64,000 nucleotides of DNA, taken from assembly GCA_963827155.1 (NCBI GenBank), contig CAWGZV010000002.1, positions 2,601,062-2,665,061 of the forward strand. Direction: 5' to 3'. Positions 61,338-64,000 of this stretch are shown piece by piece. Below the pieces are notes generated by a model. That model saw only the letters and a list, made by a program, of their open reading frames with translations, was not told the DNA's origin and searched no databases. Position 1 is the stretch's first letter, and each line of letters opens with the position of its first letter. This DNA is from an uncultured Chloroflexia bacterium. GTDB taxonomy: Bacteria; Chloroflexota; Anaerolineae; Anaerolineales; UBA4823. Position numbers and translations under genes: made by a program.

Positions 61338-61895
61338 ACCCGTGGAAGTCACCCTAAAAGTCACGTATATTTTTGAGAAACTTTCCATCCCCTATCTGAT
61401 TGGCGGCTCCCTAGCCAGCGCACTCTACGGCATGATCCGCGCCACTCAAGACGCGGATATCGTCGCCGAGATGCGGCATGAACATATCCAGGCGTTTGTC
61501 TCGGGATTACAGGGCGAATTCTACATCGATGAGGAAATGATCGCCGAATCTGTTCAACGCAACTCCAGTTTCAATATCATCCACCGCGAGACCATGTTCA
61601 AGGTGGATGTTTTTATCCGCGCCCGCGTCCCTTTCTTCAATCCCAGCTTGCCCGCGCCCAAAAGCAAACCTTTAGCTTTGAAACAGAAGTCAGCGCCAAA
61701 TTTGCAAGTCCTGAGGATACCATCCTCTCCAAACTTGAATGGTACCGCCTGGGCGGCGAAGTCTCAGAACGTCAATGGTTGGATATTCTGGGTATTTTGA
61801 AAACGCGCGCCGGGGAACTTGATCTAGCTTATTTGGACCAGTGGGCTAAAGAGCTAAAAGTAGCAGACCTGCTTGAACGCGCCTTGAAAGAATAA
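61327..61895 (+). CDS. Minimal nucleotidyltransferase-like protein; frameshift ~61617
   Basis: YLIGGSLAS...RATQDADIV (GS + DxD). Adding one C at ATCCG gives FIPRPRPFLQ...SPEDTILSKLEWY...RQWLDILGIL...LERALKE and a stop at 61893-61895. Confidence 0.78.
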
Positions 61896-61900
61896 ATGTC

Positions 61901-63964
61901 ATGGAATTCCGCATCTCCGACACCTTCATCGACAGCCTGGGCAAGCTGAGCAACCAGGACCAAAAAGCGATCAAGACCACTGTTTTTGATTTGCAGGTGA
62001 ACCCAGCCAGCCCCGGCATGAGTTTTCACAAGCTCGAAAGATTTCAGGACCCCAATTTTGCCGCAGTGCGCGTCAGCAGCGATATCCGCCTGATCGTGCA
62101 CCAGGCGATGGGAAACCTGCTGATCTGTTATGTGGGACACCATGACGATGCTTATCGCTGGGCCGAGCGGCGCAAGCTCGAAACCCACCCCACTACGGGC
62201 GCGGCGCAACTGGTCGAGATCCGCGAAACCGTCCAGGAAATTGTCATCCCCAATTACGTGACCGAAGAAAGAGCAAAGCCGCGCTTGTTTGCCGGCATAT
62301 CAGATGAGGAACTGCTCGGCTACGGCGTCCCACCCGAATGGATTGAGGATGTGCGTGCTGCCACCGAAGATACCTCCCTCGAACTGGCTGATCATCTGCC
62401 TGCAGAAGCTGCCGAAGCACTGCTTGAGCTGGCAGTTGGCAGCAGACCTCAAAATACACAACCACCTGCCAGGATAATCGATCCATTTGACCATCCAGAT
62501 GCCTTGCGGCGCTTCCGAGCAGTGGGTGACATGGATGAACTGCTGCGCGCCCTTGAGTATCCTTGGGAAAAGTGGCTGGTCTTCCTACATCCCGAACAGC
62601 GCCGCTTTGCTACCGGAAATTACAGCGGTCCAGCGCGCGTCTCTGGTTCTGCCGGGACCGGTAAAACCGTCGTAGCTCTGCATCGCGCAGTCCACCTGGC
62701 AAAAACGAATCCAGGGTCAAGAATCCTTCTGACTACTTTTTCCGAGACACTGGCGAATACCCTGAAAACCAAAATGCGGATGCTGATCCAAAACCAGCCG
62801 CACCTGGGCGACCAGATCGAAGTTTATGCCATGAACACTCTCGGCGAGCGCCTGTATCAGTTAAACCAGGGCAAAGCACATCTCGCATCCCCTGATACCG
62901 TCCAGGCACTGCTCTCTGAATCCGCCGCAAAGGTGAGCGGGCATGCTTTTCGTCAACATTTCCTGATCACTGAATGGGAACAAGTGGTAGATGCCTGGCA
63001 GCTGGAAAGTTGGGAAGCCTACCGAGATGTTCTTCGCCTTGGACGCAAAACCCGCCTGACTGAAAATCTCAGGAAAATTTTGTGGTCGATATTTGAACCG
63101 GTGAAATCTGAGCTAAGTAAACGCGGTCTGATCACTTATGCAGGCATGTTCAGCCAATTGGCGGAACTATATGCAGCCGGTCAGCAAGCACCTTTCAATT
63201 TTATCGTGGTGGATGAATCTCAGGATGTCAACCTCTCGCAGCTTAAACTCTTGGCAGCGCTGGCTGGCAATCGTCCGAATAGCCTATTTTTCGCTGGGGA
63301 CTTGGGTCAGCGGATTTTCCAACAGCCCTTCTCTTGGAAATCTTTAGGTGTTGATGTTCGCGGTCGTTCAAAGACTCTGCGTATCAACTACCGAACATCG
63401 CACCAGATCCGCATGCAAGCCGATAAACTCCTTGGCCCCGAAATTGCGGATGTTGATGGCATCACTGAAACGCGCAGCGGGACAATCTCGATTTTCAATG
63501 GACCGCTCCCAACCATTGAAACTTTTGATGCCGAGGCATCCGAAATTCAAGCGGTGGCAGTATGGCTCAAAGAACGTTTTGATAATGGGTTGCAGCCTGA
63601 AGAAATCGGAGTTTTTGTGCGCTCAGAGGCGCAGATTTCCAGAGCAGCTTCTGCTCTGGAGGCTGCCGAATTGGCTCATAAAATTCTTGATCAGAAAGTG
63701 GAGACCACCGTTGGCAACGCCTCTTTGTGTACCATGCACCTAGCTAAAGGCTTAGAATTCCGAGCCGTAGTCGTGATGGCATGCGACGATGAGGTCATAC
63801 CATCGCAAGAAAGAATAGAAACGGTGACGGACGATTCCGACCTCGAGGATGTTTACAATACGGAGCGTCACCTGCTTTATGTGGCCTGCACGCGTGCTCG
63901 TGACCATTTGCTGGTAACGGGGGTGGACCCAGCTTCGGAATTTCTGGTTGATCTGAGAGATTAG
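61901..63964 (+). CDS. SF1 UvrD/Rep-like helicase with an N-terminal RelE/ParE-like domain
   Basis: N-terminal ~90 aa ends in VRVSSDIRLIVH...YVGHHDDAY; SGSAGTGKT, VVDESQD, INYRT, CTMHLAKGLEF, LYVACTRAR. Confidence 0.88.
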   Translation: MEFRISDTFIDSLGKLSNQDQKAIKTTVFDLQVNPASPGMSFHKLERFQDPNFAAVRVSSDIRLIVHQAMGNLLICYVGHHDDAYRWAERRKLETHPTTGAAQLVEIRETVQEIVIPNYVTEERAKPRLFAGISDEELLGYGVPPEWIEDVRAATEDTSLELADHLPAEAAEALLELAVGSRPQNTQPPARIIDPFDHPDALRRFRAVGDMDELLRALEYPWEKWLVFLHPEQRRFATGNYSGPARVSGSAGTGKTVVALHRAVHLAKTNPGSRILLTTFSETLANTLKTKMRMLIQNQPHLGDQIEVYAMNTLGERLYQLNQGKAHLASPDTVQALLSESAAKVSGHAFRQHFLITEWEQVVDAWQLESWEAYRDVLRLGRKTRLTENLRKILWSIFEPVKSELSKRGLITYAGMFSQLAELYAAGQQAPFNFIVVDESQDVNLSQLKLLAALAGNRPNSLFFAGDLGQRIFQQPFSWKSLGVDVRGRSKTLRINYRTSHQIRMQADKLLGPEIADVDGITETRSGTISIFNGPLPTIETFDAEASEIQAVAVWLKERFDNGLQPEEIGVFVRSEAQISRAASALEAAELAHKILDQKVETTVGNASLCTMHLAKGLEFRAVVVMACDDEVIPSQERIETVTDDSDLEDVYNTERHLLYVACTRARDHLLVTGVDPASEFLVDLRD

Positions 63965-64000
63965 TATATCCATATGAATTGGAATCAGCCAATGCCGGAT

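Noticed and set aside
2770-61620. Programmed ribosomal frameshifting or phase variation as the cause of split genes
   Set aside because: The sites share no slippery heptamer or long repeat tract and fall at arbitrary intra-domain positions; sequencing error is simpler.
1-64000. CRISPR array or rRNA
   Set aside because: No regularly spaced direct repeats and no rRNA signature sequences seen.
58660-64000. att-site duplication of the tRNA-Thr 3' end
   Set aside because: No second copy and no integrase within the window; it could lie beyond the right edge.

Overview
64-kb bacterial window. The gene content (FHA-rodA cluster, many GAF sensors, Ni-SOD, MshA-like GT4) suggests Chloroflexota/Anaerolineae; this is inference only. 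Layout: (1) 1-11.3 kb, the start of a minus-strand NRPS cluster running off the left edge: A-T-C-A-T, then an oxalyl-CoA-synthetase-like ligase fused to a carrier domain, then C-A-T-[TubC_N-like]-C. (2) 11.4-35 kb, mostly housekeeping: rnpB, an OmpR-type two-component system whose likely binding sites are visible, ftsK, sodN/sodX, ferredoxin, lgt, ABC genes, tyrS, a RodA::degenerate-PBP fusion, mtnP and two FHA genes. (3) 35-39 kb, a stand-alone A-T-TE enzyme lacking Asp235 plus an orphan binding protein. (4) tRNA-Gly and a GH114 enzyme. (5) 41-56 kb, a signalling gene cluster: two single-domain receivers, four HAMP/GAF sensors with no output domain that all end in the same half-GAF tail, a ParA-type ATPase, and one multi-GAF hybrid kinase. 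(6) mshA-like gene and tRNA-Thr, then an accessory island: an intact IS1182/IS5-like element (17-bp IRs, 8-bp TSD, inserted into a hairpin), a truncated type III res gene, a small-protein/nucleotidyltransferase pair and a RelE-like::UvrD helicase. Twelve single-base frameshifts and one in-frame stop split otherwise intact genes. They look more like long-read errors than decay, so genes are reported in repaired form. All family assignments come from motif recognition, not database searches.
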